A stretch of 64,000 nt of DNA from Macrostomum lignano (taxonomy: Eukaryota), in contig NIVC01001023.1 of the NCBI GenBank assembly GCA_002269645.1, positions 62,001 to 126,000 on the forward strand. Direction: 5' to 3'. The notes under the pieces were generated by a model. The model was not told the DNA's origin. It was given only the letters and a program-made list of their open reading frames with translations, and did no database searches. The translations under genes and the position numbers were made by a program. This document shows positions 9,790-22,400 of this stretch, one piece after another. Numbering within the stretch: position 1 is the stretch's first letter; every line of letters starts with the position of its first letter.

Positions 9790-11030
9790 TCCATGATTTC
9801 ACTTGCTTGGCAGGACATTGTCTTGTCAAAGACCCCCAAATTGAGTGATACCCTTTGCCACTCTAAGGAGAAAGGGTCACACAAAGCTGGGCTTGCCCGC
9901 TTTAAGGAGGGAGGGTCAGACAAAGCTAGGTTTAGAGTAGTTAGTTGCGCAAAATGCTTTCAAGATTTCTCCTCAATTTCAATCAATTCACTCCATTTAG
10001 CATAGACTAAAGTAAAGGTCCATCTAATATTCAAAAGAACTGCAATTCATATAGCCTTGAGTTAGCCAATTATTCTGAATTTTTTTCATTTTGTGGACAG
10101 TGTCAAAGTAGATAATGGGTTTTACTCAGATCTGCACGATTGCTTGTCAGGGTGTTTCTGTGCATTCATATTCAAACATGTTAAAACAGTTTCTCTTACT
10201 AAAATGATTATCACAAATGAATATAACTATAGTATCGCTGCAGTCATGAATTATGGTTATTAGCTGAACAACCTACCTACTAATAACCAACCTACTAACT
10301 AATTGGATAAGAACTGCGGCTTGAGGCTGAAAATTGGCATCAAAGAGTAGAGGTCGGACGGGATTGAAATCTTCGGGCGGGATCGGGATCGGGAATAATT
10401 TTTTTCTCGGGATTGGGATCGGGATCGGGATTCGGGAATCAGGATCAGGTCTTTTAGTGTATTGTCCATGTAAAGTTAAACAAAATTGAGAAAAGATTGT
10501 CAAGATCAAGAAGTAAAACACAACGAAATTGATATGAAGTTTTGTAACCAACAATTAACAAAGTAAATAATGTAACGAGTACAAGTTAAAGCAAAATACC
10601 TTCAAGTAATCACTAATTCTATAAATTATTAATTGAAAGATCTGTTCCCAAATCTCGAGTTTTTTAGGGTCGGGATTCTGGTCCCACGGGAATTCAATTT
10701 TCCTCGGGATCCCGAGATTTCGGGATCGGGATCGGGATCCCGTCCGACCTCCATCAAAGAGGCAACAAAAGCATCTGCTCCCATTAAAGGCTTTGCCATG
10801 ATGGCTAAGACAGTGCAGACCAACTTTTCATGAGCATCTTCAGCAAAGCCAACTGTATGGCCGCCAGAAAATCTAAGTGACAGCATGGCTGCTGGCCAAT
10901 CTGAGCAAAGACTGGACATATACTTTGTCAAAATTTATAGCACAACAGCATTGTAAAGGCGTGCTGGCTTCTATATGTGATGCTACCATCTGTTGGCAGT
11001 CTGTCTGTGCCAACTGAACTAGCAAGGCTA
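9790..11030 (-). pseudogene. Decayed P-element-family transposase core (copy 2), interrupted by a hAT MITE
   Basis: Manual translation gives CCAINFDKVYV...SLRFSGGHTVGFAEDAHEKLVCTVLAIMAKPLMGADAFVASLMPIFSL, then DTVHKMKKIQNNWLT, AKWSELIE and EWQRVSLNLGVF, with stops and frameshifts. Confidence 0.7.
10348..10753. mobile_element. Non-autonomous hAT-type MITE, 406 bp
   Basis: 17-bp TIRs TAGAGGTCGGACGGGAT / ATCCCGTCCGACCTCCA (1 mismatch). 8-bp TSD TCAAAGAG at 10340-10347 and 10754-10761. Subterminal CGGGAT repeats. Removing it restores the host reading frame VASLMPIFSLK. Confidence 0.9.
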
Positions 11031-11039
11031 TTTAGGTGG

Positions 11040-12321
11040 CTGCTGTAAGACAGTTAACCAGAAAAAGACTAGCAAAATCCTAGAAGGACCCACCAATTGA
11101 CTTGATGAAAAATGCCAGAATAGAGGAAGCTACTTTGCTATCGCTGCTAAGACCATATATGGAGTCGCAGTTAAATTCCACTCTCTTTGCGGTGGTCACC
11201 TCGTCAATGATGAGGACCACATACTTCTCTCAAGGGTCAAGCGATCCTTCCTACAGCTGAATGTATGCTTCCTCTATGATGCCGGACTCATTGAAAAGAA
11301 CAGAATTAGCCTAACGATATTCCTGATAGAGGGCAAGCAAATGGACTCATTGTCCAGAATTGCCTTATAGGCAGCACGGCTAGTTGAAAAAACCAAATAT
11401 GCCAGTACTGTTGTTGTTGGCATATAGCAACGAGATGGCCCCTGGGTGTAGATCAGGGAAAATTGCTAGAGAAGAAACTTCATTTGTCCTTGAACATCTG
11501 ATTCATCACTTAGAAATCCAAGGTAGCTCTTCAAAACCTCCTCACAAAATCAGACATGATAAGATCACATGTCTTTCTTGTCTGAGCTATAGATTTGAGA
11601 AATGCTAGCAGGTTCTCAAAAGTGGAGACTAGAGAGTAGCTGCAGATGGAGGGTGTCTTGCTGTTTTAGAAGCAGATGTCCTGGCATGCTGCTAGTATAG
11701 CAAAAGCCATGCAAACAAATGCCTGATATATGAGATCTTCAAAGACAGTCAGTGAAGCTGAAGTGTGGAGTGGAGTCTGAGATAGATGTGTCAATCAGGA
11801 AAAAGGAAGCTGATCCAGTGTTCATGCTTCTTACAAATCTAGATGGAATATTGGCCAAATCCAACTTGTCTAGCAGGTCACTGAGAGTATGCAACTCATC
11901 AGAGCTTAGAAATTTGCCAATCATCTCATTCAAATGCGCATTCTCCACTTGCAGATGAGATGAGGACAAGGCACTTATAGTCCTTTCCATTGGTGCTGAC
12001 TTGCTAAGGTACTTTGGCACACTGTCAAATTGAGTTGACATTGTAGCAATCTTTAGGCAAACTTGTTGGAGCTTTGCTTCTAAGAATTTTCAATTCTTAT
12101 GATAGGTGGTCTCATTGGTTGATTCTCTGACAAAGTCAGCTTCTGTAAAGTGCTTTGGGCAGACACGCTAAGAAGATGTGGCCTTTGGGTCGGCAGTTGA
12201 TATAGCACAAAGCCACTGTTGTCTCAGTATAGGATCCTTTGGGAAAACATAATAGCTTTTTCCCACAGTTCCTTCTGACAAATAGCCTGATTTGTAGCCA
12301 AACACAGCACGTGTAACCCAT
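11040..12321 (-). pseudogene. Decayed THAP-domain P-element-like transposase (copy 1), 3'-truncated
   Basis: THAP remnant MGYTCCV/GYKSGY...VFPKDPILRQQWLCAI...RVCPKHFTEADF with one frameshift and one stop. Catalytic region EKYVVLIIDEVTTAKRVEF...ASSILAFFIKSIGG (DE at 11200-11205). Confidence 0.75.
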
Positions 12322-12603
12322 GATTTATCTATGCAAATAATACAAAATGAGCAACTTGGGAACTTTGCAAAGACTTATGCGAGTGTTTAAAAACAAACAT
12401 CCGAAAAAGGCAAAAGTGGATAGGCTGTGCATAGTAATTTTTTCCTGTACATGTACAATTGTACATAATGTCTTTGTCTACAATCTTCTTCAGTTCCTTT
12501 TCTTCTTTCCTAAATGCACATTTCTTTCTTTCCCCCTTTACATACATGCGCAACCCCCCTGATTTACACTAGCCATGCGACTTACTTTTTGACCAGAAAT
12601 GCA

Positions 12604-12767
12604 ACTTACCTGTGAAAGAAACCCTAGAGCAACATTAATGTAATTTTAGGTAAATGGCAGGAGTAACTATGACTGTCTTATAAGGGCTAAATGCCTCATC
12701 ATCTAATTAGTACTATGTCTGTATTCTTTGGGATGGGCATTTTTGCGACTTACCCCTGGTCCACCAC
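12604..12767 (-). repeat. 164-bp direct repeat, copy A (intron-like, splice signals at both ends)
   Basis: Roughly 80% similar by eye to 14374-14536. GTAAGT donors at both ends on the minus strand. Confidence 0.8.
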
Positions 12768-14373
12768 AATTTACGGCGGCCAGGTCGGCCAGCAGTTGCG
12801 CATGTATGCCCCTTTATCTTATACCCATATCTTCTTATCATTCACTTTTCCCCTCAGACCTACAGTTTTTTCTAACATGTCTTGCACTCAATTGGTTCCT
12901 CTCTTGTCCCTTCACAGCTAAAAATGAATGGCCTGACTTGGCCCAGGCAGCCTGGTCCAATTTTGCCAGTGTCACTTCTAGATCTAGAGAATTCCCTGGG
13001 CTAAGAAATAGAAAGGGGATAGCAAGGGCTTGTTGGAACTAAGCCATGAGAGGGGCCGCAATTAAAAAAGGAAATTGATTGCACCATGAAAATAAGATCC
13101 CCTGCTGCGAGTCATGAGTGACCCTGCTGCTATTTTTCACAACTGGTGAATGGGTTTGCCTCAGAGGAGACATGGGTCTAGGCACACTTGATTTCTCCAC
13201 AAACACAAGCCTAGTGCACAAGGATAAAATCATTGTTCCTTGGATTGAAAAGAAATAAAGACACTCAATCAGTTTATTAAGTGCCTTTGTTATTGATTTT
13301 CCCTGTTTCTCAATCGGGGAAAAAGACCACTTAAGATTTCAAGGCTTATGAAGGCATCGCTGAGATTTCAGGGGGGAGAGTTGCTATGTTAAGGCTTGTG
13401 AGGGGAATTGCTGACATGTCAAGGCTTACAAAGGACTGCTAGGGTAGAATGCAAAAAGATGCTACATGTAGATTATTAAAACAACTTGTACTGCATTTTT
13501 TGGCTCCCCAATGGGAGGTGCTGATTGCTAGTTTAAGTCTAAGCATTTTGCACTCCATGCTGCATCTTCAGGTTTTTTATTAAAACAAAAAAGACAAGAC
13601 AAATGGTAATTTTTTGTGTGATGCAAAAATGATAAGTAATAATTATTTTCTATAGTAAATTTGTTCAAAAATGAATGGCAAGGTTGGAGATAGAAGCATA
13701 AAGATCACGAGTGCAAAACGTGTCGACTCACAAATGTTGATTGTAGGATTCTTTTAAAACCCTGCTTTCGAATTTTCAGAGTAAAAAAGCCTATATAGAC
13801 GCCATAGCAGCCTACTTTCTTTGCTCTTTGGAGATGTATTTTTTGCAAAACCTGCAAGTTCACCCTCTCGCAACAAATTTGAAAAAAGTACAATGAAACA
13901 AAAGTTAAAATTATTAGGGCAACAAGATGCAAAGTTTTAGATTAGCTTTTGATAACTATTGAGCAATTGATCAAGACAAAGCTACTGGCACCAGACTCTT
14001 TAGTAGCCTCACAAAGTTTATTGTTGTCTAATACTACCGATGAATGACAAATCTGAATATCCAACATTCACTTATATGTCCGCATACCAGTGACACTCCG
14101 ATGTCCATTTTTCACATGTCAACTAAAAATTTCTTAGCTGGTTTTTTTGATCAGTTGATAGGAGAACCAAATGTGCGCAGGCATCCTAGTGGGCAACAAA
14201 TAAAACTGTTTATTGCCACTTGGCCATACAGACATGTTTTTCAAAACAATCAAACTTAGTAGCAAGCAGGGTTAGTCTTGTTAGGAACATGGATGACCTC
14301 CATTTGCTCCCTATTGCAGCGCATGGCTTAAGTATGCCAGACGCCTACACAACCTGCGCCACGCTGTGAAATG

Positions 14374-14536
14374 ACTTACCTGTGAAAGAAACCCTAAAGC
14401 AAAATTAACGCAGTTTTGGGTAAACGGCAGGAGTAACTATGATTGTTTTATCAAGCCTAAATGCCTTGGCATCTAATTAGTACTATGCCCGTATTCTATG
14501 GGGTGGCATTTTTGCAACTTACCCCTGGTCCACCAC
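14374..14536 (-). repeat. 163-bp direct repeat, copy B
   Basis: Paralog of 12604-12767. Confidence 0.8.
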
Positions 14537-16699
14537 CAATGCTGCGCCACGCAGGCTGATCCGCACCGGACGCCGTCTGCCAAAATGCCCATGCGCTGCA
14601 ATCAGGCATTGGCTCATAGCGAGTGTCACTCAAACCTCTTGCATTGGTCTTGGTTGCAATCTCCTTGTATACAAGGCACATCTTGCTGTTTCTGTCCTTA
14701 ATGTGAAATCTTGAACATTACAAAGAGGCTAGCAAGTGATAGATTTTCAGCTTGCTCACAAAACTAAAAAAGGTCATATAACTTGGTATACTTATGGTAA
14801 AGTAACAAGTTGAATGGATAACTCTGGTAAAGAAACTAACCATAGAAGTAATAGTGAAATGGTAAAGCGTGCATAAAAGTTTGCAGGCAATGGTAAAGCG
14901 CAAATTTACTAGATTTCAGACAGTAGTAAAGTGGTATTTAAAGTTATAACATTGTGGTAATGCAGAAAGCAGTTAAAAACTGTAGACCATGGTAAAAAAG
15001 GCGATAGACGTGTAGCATGCCTAAAATGATACCATGTCATTTTCAGACAAAATATATCTATTACAAAATTCTTCATCTACCTTTTTCTTGCCTCTACACA
15101 GCTATAGGTAGCACATAAGTTTCCTGGACCCTTATTACTATTTACTACCTAATCTATTACTTCTTCTTTTTCTGCCCTTTTCTTGCCACGAGGCCTAGGA
15201 CCTCCATTTTGATCCTTTCCCAATGGGGTGTTTGGCCTGATATTTAATGGTGAGGAGGTCGGCTATTTCTCTCTACCGCTGATAAAAAGGGTTGGTTGCA
15301 AGGGTGCAGGTGTTTTCTATTCTCCGTGCTTCATTTCTTTTCCCTTGTGCTCATCTTTGCCAGAGGCTTTTGTCCCTATCCATTGGCCACCACATGAAGG
15401 TAGGAACAAATTGGCACAGCACACATTACTAAGTGTTTGTATTATCATTATCTTGTCATCAGAATCATCATATCTGGTTACAAAAAAATCGATATGTAGC
15501 TGGATAGCACCATTTCATATTAATGCGTAGCACAATTTTGTATATATACAAATGTATATACAAATTTGATATTGTAAGAATTAGTTTATAAGACAAAGAC
15601 AGCTAGCTTGGGTCTGCAATCAGCTGCGGAGTCTTGATTTCCTATATAATTTAGGTAAACTGTGCTAGGAAATATTAGGCAATTGTGCTATTGGGTATAT
15701 ATACTACTTGTGCCGATTGGTTTACAAATGGGTATGCTATTCTGCTAATTATATTATAGTGAAAATTATTAAAACTATACCAGAAGCAGGTAGCTATAAT
15801 AACTAACTAGTAGACAACTACAAGCAATCTATACTGGTTCCAAAAAGTTGGAAATAAAAAGAACTCTGTATAGATAAATAGATAAGCTTCATGTATAACA
15901 ATTTACATTATAGCTTTAATGCAATATTTGTACTTTTGCACTATACAACTGCGTACACAGCTATTGTATGGACTAGTAAAGTTAGACAGAGACAACATCA
16001 ATGAATAAGCATATTTAGGGTATAATTGTGCTCTTGTCATAATTTTGGTATTGCTGCTTCTACTGCTTAAACAACAACTCTGAGTCTGCATTATAGTCTG
16101 ATATATTTTCTCTCACAGCTGTTGCATCTGACACAGAATGCCAGATGTCAGTACAGCACTCTATTTGATTGTCTTCTTCGTTTTTTGTTGTTGTTGCTGC
16201 AGCAGGGAGCAACTGGCCTCAGTAGCCACTTTCTGCTTCAATTGGCATCGCTGACACTCCATCTGTTTTACTGATTGAGATAGAACATCCATTGATATAA
16301 TCCCCGATGACAATTCCTTGTCTTGACTCTCAGTTTTACAGCATCACTTGCGATCTGATCTTGCGACCAGCAGCAGGAGCAGCAGCAGGTTTGGCTGATG
16401 ATGCTTGCTGAAGTACCAGCTTGTCAATGGTGGCTTGAACAATTGTCCAATTTTTTAGCATGGTGTTAGCTGCATAGTTGCCCATCAACATTGGCACCAA
16501 GGTTTCAAATAGCGCCGCTGACTGATCAACTAACTCTGGTTGCTTGCCAGCCACAATGTCCTGTTTGGAGCTCCAAAATATATTCGCTCACATGCCAGAA
16601 CGACCAAGTATAGTTTGGCATGATTGACAACTACCTGGCTGAAAGTGGGAACCAACATCCGTTCACCTCGGTTGGTGCATAGTTACGAGTATATAATGT

Positions 16700-17540
16700 C
16701 ATAACCTTTTAGAAATTTTAGAAACTAAAAAAATTCTAAAGACTGTCCCAAAGGTAGTGTTCATTTTTATTATATCTCTTGTTCTAATGATCCAAATAAT
16801 ATCATTTTGCACAATATTATAGTGGCAACTCTCTTTATATTAACTTCAAAATCTTTAAAAACAGACAATGGAAACAAAAGTTATTAACAAAGATGTAGCA
16901 CAAACTTGGCTATAGACTTCTAGCAATTCAACAAGCTAGTAGAAATTAGCAAAAGTACCTCTGATTGAATGCACTTTAAGTTTTTTATTAGGCTGCTGTG
17001 ATAAAAAGATATCTATGGATAAACTTAAATAAACATAAAACTTTTAAAGCAATAGAATATTTCCCACTTCATCTTCATCTTCATTGCTTCTTTGTTCCCT
17101 CCCTTTGCACCAAAAATCATGAATGTGCATTCAAGTATTGCTTAGAAAAGTGTGATTTATACCCTTTGGCAGACAGGGCATAATGTAACTAAGATTCATG
17201 TGCAAATTTAATTGGCTCATAGGCCTAATGCAGTCATTTTATATATTTACTGTAGCGAGTTACCTATTTGTCAGCTATCACTTCAAAATTTTGCTAGCTT
17301 GTTAAATTTACTATAGGTCTATGGTTAAATTCTTGCTATATTTTTGTTCATAACTTTTGTTTCAATTGTCTATTTTTTTAAAATAATGAAGTTTATATGA
17401 AAAAAAGAGTTGTTACCATTATTTTGTGCAAAATGATGTTATTTAGATCATTAGAATTAAATATTAATGAAAAGTAATTTTGGGATAGCCCTCATAGTTT
17501 TATTAGTTAACTACTATTATAAAGTACTTAAGATAACGCT
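16700..17540. mobile_element. Old AT-rich MITE with long, degenerate inverted arms
   Basis: About 16740-16960 aligns with the reverse complement of about 17280-17490 (e.g. ttctaatgatcYaaataaYatcattttgcaca), roughly 75-80% by eye. Exact ends are uncertain. Confidence 0.65.
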
Positions 17541-17937
17541 ATGGGCTTTATTGATCAATGAATAAAATGGTTTAATTGTTGGTTTCTTATTATTATTAGT
17601 TTAGTTTAAGTACAGCTGGAGCACAATTATAGAAACAAATTCAGGCCACAGTACAGAGGGCTAAAAGTTAATTAAATGCTTACAAGTAGACAATAGTCGT
17701 CACATAGGCAAGAGTTAAAATAAATATTAATAATACCACTAGAGATAGCAAAGGGAGAGAATTGAGATATATTTATATTAGCAAATTTGAATGCCAACAA
17801 ATGGGGCAAGTGATCGGCAAAAAGGGACAAAGGGTGGGCACAAGAATAGGCCTCCAGAGAAAAGCAAGGGAAATAAAGGGGGAAAATCCCAAAGAACTAA
17901 TAGGGGATTCAGAAGGTCCCTTTCGGGATGCTTAATG

Positions 17938-18761
17938 CTTTCATAAGACCTAAATTTCACAATGCCTAAAACCACCACACTTCACAATGCCTAACTTTCA
18001 TATCGCCTAAATTTCACAATGCCTAAAATATTTGCACACTCTTTCACATTGCCTAAATTTCATATTGCCTAAATTTCACAATGCCTAAAATATTTGCACA
18101 CTCTTTCACATTGCCTAAATTTCATATTGCCTAAATTTCACAATGCCTAAAATATTTGCACACTCTTTCACATTGCCTAAATTTCATATTGCCTAAATTT
18201 CACAATGCCTAAAATATTTGCACACTCTTTCACATTGCCTAAATTTCATATTGCCTAAATTTCACAATGCCTAAAATCAAAAGTGCAGCCTCCTTCACAT
18301 CGCCTAAATTTCATATTGCCTAAATTTCACAACACCTACAATATATGCAGCCTCTTTCACAACGCCTAAATTTCATATTGCCTAAATTTCACAATGCCTA
18401 AAATCAAAAGTGCAGCCTCCTTCACATCGCCTAAATTTCATATTGCCTAAATTTCACAACACCTACAATATATGCAGCCTCCTTCACAACGCCTAAATTT
18501 CATATTGCCTAAATTTCACGTCTAAAATCTTTGCTTCTCTCCTTCACATTCAGTTTTAGGTGTTGTGAAATTTAGGCAATATGAAAGAGCATGCAGATTT
18601 TAGGCTTTATGAAATTTAGGCAATATGAAATTTAGGCAATGTGAAGAAGTGTGCAGAAATTTTAGGTGTTGTGAAATTTAGATGGTGTGAAATTTAGGCG
18701 TTGTGATGAAGGAGGCTGCATTTTCGATTTTAAGTGTTATGATATTTAGGTCTTATGAAGC
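17938..18761. mobile_element. Foldback-like element built from inverted 16-bp modules (CCTAAATTTCAYAWTG)
   Basis: Modules are forward at about 17941-18540 and reversed at about 18555-18760. Termini TCATAAGACCTAAA and TTTAGGTCTTATGA are perfect inverted copies. Confidence 0.75.
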
Positions 18762-19404
18762 GCCCCCAGGGAAAGGTAGGTGAAATTTCACAATATGGAC
18801 AAGAAGGGATGATAACACAGCCCCAAGAATGGCAAAAAAGTTCCAAGGTTAATTACTAGAAAAGTATGAAAAAAATTTAACCATGCAAGAACATCAGTTT
18901 TTCCAAGTGGCAATGCCACTGCCACAAAATCATAAATCTTGACAATATTTACATTTATACTCTATCGCAACTTTTTTCTAATGCTACTATATCCAACAGT
19001 TTTTTTAGAGACTAGTCAGAGCTTTAACAACCTCCAATTCTTTAAATGGGAATATGTTATGATTATTTCAGCAATATGCAAGTCGTGGGAATAGTAGGTT
19101 GTACTTTTATAAAAGTAAGTTTTTCTTATTGATAAATCCCCCATTGGCTTCTTGTTCACTTTTTGTCAATGATTACCAAATAAAGATTATGGTCAGCATT
19201 GAATAAGATGGCTTCTTATCTTCAGAATGAACTTCACGTGTTTACATTTTGCATATTTGCATTCTAATTTAGCGTGTATTATTATCATATTATGCATAAT
19301 ATTCAACACAAAAACAATATTTCTACTTACAGTAGTTAAAAAAGGAGTGCACAACCAGGCAAAATTGAAAATTGATAATAAAACACAATAAACAGAGGCC
19401 AGTC

Positions 19405-22400
19405 ATGTCGGCTGATGTAGCAGACGTCGCTCTCTGCGAATTAGGCGACGACAATGATTGCGAAGATCATGTCGTTGAACTTCAAATGCCTGTAAAGTCA
19501 GCAACAGCTGCTCATACTGGCTTGCTGCTTGGGACATCGTCTGCTGCTTCAACAGCATCCGGTAAGCCAGGCCGCTGCGGCTACTGCCTTCAACGGCTCG
19601 ACCGGGTTGCCTCCTCCTCGTCCAACTGGTCGCCAAAAATTTACGTCATCTGCGCTGTGTGCCCCAGCCTGCAGCTCTGCCTGCGGTGCTTCGCCCTCGG
19701 CGCCGAGGGTGGCAAACACCAGCGCAGTCACGACTATCAACTGGCCGCCTGCCGGCTGCCGCTGCTCCCCTGCGGTCCCAGCGAATGCGGCGACGATGGC
19801 GAAATCTGGAGTTGGGATGAGGAGGTCCGGCTGCTGGATGCGATTGACGCCTTCGGCTATGGCAACTGGGCGGATGTGGGCGCCAGAGTGCGCTGCGCTG
19901 GGAGAACTGGCAGCGGTTAGTCACTCTGCCTTCTTGACTTGTCACTCTGCCGTCTTGACTTGTCACTCTGCCTTCTTGACTTGTCACTCTGCCTGCTTGA
20001 CTTGTCACTCGGCCTGCTTGACTTGTCACTCTGCCTTCTTGACTTGTCACTGCCTGCTTGTCTTGTCACTCTGCCTTCCTGTCTTGTCACTCTGCCTTCT
20101 TGACTTGTCACTCTGCCTTCTTGACTTGTCACTCTGCCTGCTTGACTTGTCACTCGGCCTGCTTGACTTGTCACTCTGCCTTCTTGACTTGTCACTGCCT
20201 GCTTGTCTTGTCACTCTGCCGTCTTGACAGTTGTCAGTTGGCACTCTGTTTATTTGACTTGTTATTGACTTCTGGACTTGTCTTGTCATTCTACTTCCTT
20301 GACTTGTCACTCTCTGATTTCTCTTGACCTGTCACTCTCTGCCACCATAACTAGACTTGTCACTCCCTACCTTCCTGACTTGTCGCTTCACTTTAGTCTT
20401 ATCTTATCAGTGGTCGCCATACTCAAGCATGAATTCTTGTCACAGTCTTTTTACTCGTCGATTTATCATCTTCCCGTTGTTCCCAGCTACTTACCTTCAG
20501 CCTAGTCACCCTAGTCTATTCACACTCTCAATCTCAATCGGGATTGCAGCCTCCCGCCGAGACCGGGCAGACCCAGGCGAGCAGTGCTGCCGGCACTACC
20601 AGCGGCACTACATCAACGGCCTGCTTCGACCGTCCCGCCTCTTCCCCGACGGTCGCCAGCCGGCCCCCGTTAGCGCCGCCGTCACCGACTTGACGGTGTC
20701 CGCTTCGCCGCCATCCTCGCCGCCGCCTGCCGACCTGTCGCTGAGCAGCGACCTCAGCCTGGAGGAGTGCCAGCGCCTCGGCCTGGCGCCTTTGCGCGAC
20801 TTCGAGTTCGAATGCGAGTTCGATGGCAACGCGGCCGAGTCCCTGGTCTGCCGGCTGCGGCCAAGCTTCGAAGCCGACCCGTTGGATAGCGCGCTCAGGG
20901 TTGCCCAAATCGATGCCTACAGGCGAGTGCCGGGTTTGAGGTCCTTGGTTCGATTCTTGTGTGCTTAAGGCGTCTTTTTTAAGAACTAGAGAGGTCCTAA
21001 CTTCGAGCCTCAATGGTCTTTGCTTCGATTTTTTCGAGGACTACATAATCCCTGGGTTCGAGGTCCTTGGCTCGATTCTTCTGTGCTCAAGACATCTTTT
21101 TAAGAACTAGAGAGGTCCTGAGTTCGAGTCTCAGCGGTCCTTGGTTCGATTTTTTTCGAGGACTACATAAGCTCTGGGTTTGAGGTCCTTGGTTCGATTC
21201 TTCTGTGCCTAAGGCGTCTTGTTAAGAGCTAGAGAGGCCCTGAGTTCGAGCCTCGCCGGGTTCAGTTAAGAGAAAGGGTTTTGGGTTCGATTCTCGTGCT
21301 TAAAGTATCTTGTTTAGTGTTTAGACCACCGGTAAATGTTAGCGACAGGTCCTGAATTCGAACCTCAGGTTCAATTAAGGGTTCTAGCCTCAATTATCAT
21401 TGCTGCGAGGTCCGATTTTGTCTAGGACTAAGGAGTCCTGAGTTCGATTCTTGCGTGCTCAATGCATCTTTAAAAGTTGAAACCACGTGCTAAAGCTAGA
21501 GAGTTCCCTGAGTACGAGCCTCTGGGTTTTCAAGGTCGCAATAGTTCTGGGTTCGAATTTTATGTGATTAAAGTATCGTGTTTAGAGTTTATGACTGAAA
21601 GAAAGAGCTAGGGAGGTCCTGGGTTCGAATCCTAGTAGATCTCAGTAGAGTTGAAATATAAATGCTAGTAAACATTGAGGTTCCGGGTTCGATTCTTATG
21701 TGCTCAGAATGGCTGCTCAAGCTGATGTTTCTTAGGATTTAAGAAGTCCTGAGTTCGAATCTTTAATCGCCCAGTCGTATAATTTTGTTCCTCAGACAGC
21801 GGCTCCGCTCTCGCGTCGAGCGCAAACGGCTGATCAGGCGGCACGGCCTGCTGACTTCCGGGCTGCGAAGGGCGCTGGCCGACTGCGCGGCTGCTTCCGC
21901 TGCCGCTGCCACAGCCGCTCCCGCGGTATCGCCATTGAAGCGCCGGCCGCTTGCCTGCGACTGCAACGCGTTTGACTCGGCCGACGCCCGACTTCGGCCG
22001 TTCCTGCGCTATCTGGAGCAGCCGGACTGCCGGCAGCTGATCGACTGCATGGCCAGGGCTGACCGGTTGCGGGCTGAGCTGACTCAGCTGAGCCGGCTCA
22101 GGTCTATGGGAGTGCGGCGGCTGCCAGGTGTGTAAAGTTTAACTGGGAGCTTCACAATTCACAAGATATATGCTTCACCGTTCACAATATTTAAGCATCA
22201 CCATTCACAAGATATAAGCTTCACCTTTCACAAGATATAAGCTTCACCATTCACAATATTTAAGCATCATTATTCACAAGATATAAGCTCCACCATACAC
22301 AAGATATGAGCTCCACCATTCACAAGATATAAGCTTCACCATTCACAAGATATAAGCTTCACCGTTCACAATATTTAAGCATCACCATTCACAAGATATA

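Noticed and set aside
16336-16554. 72-aa ORF with protein-like composition
   Set aside because: No recognisable motif; it lies among decayed elements and cannot be assigned.
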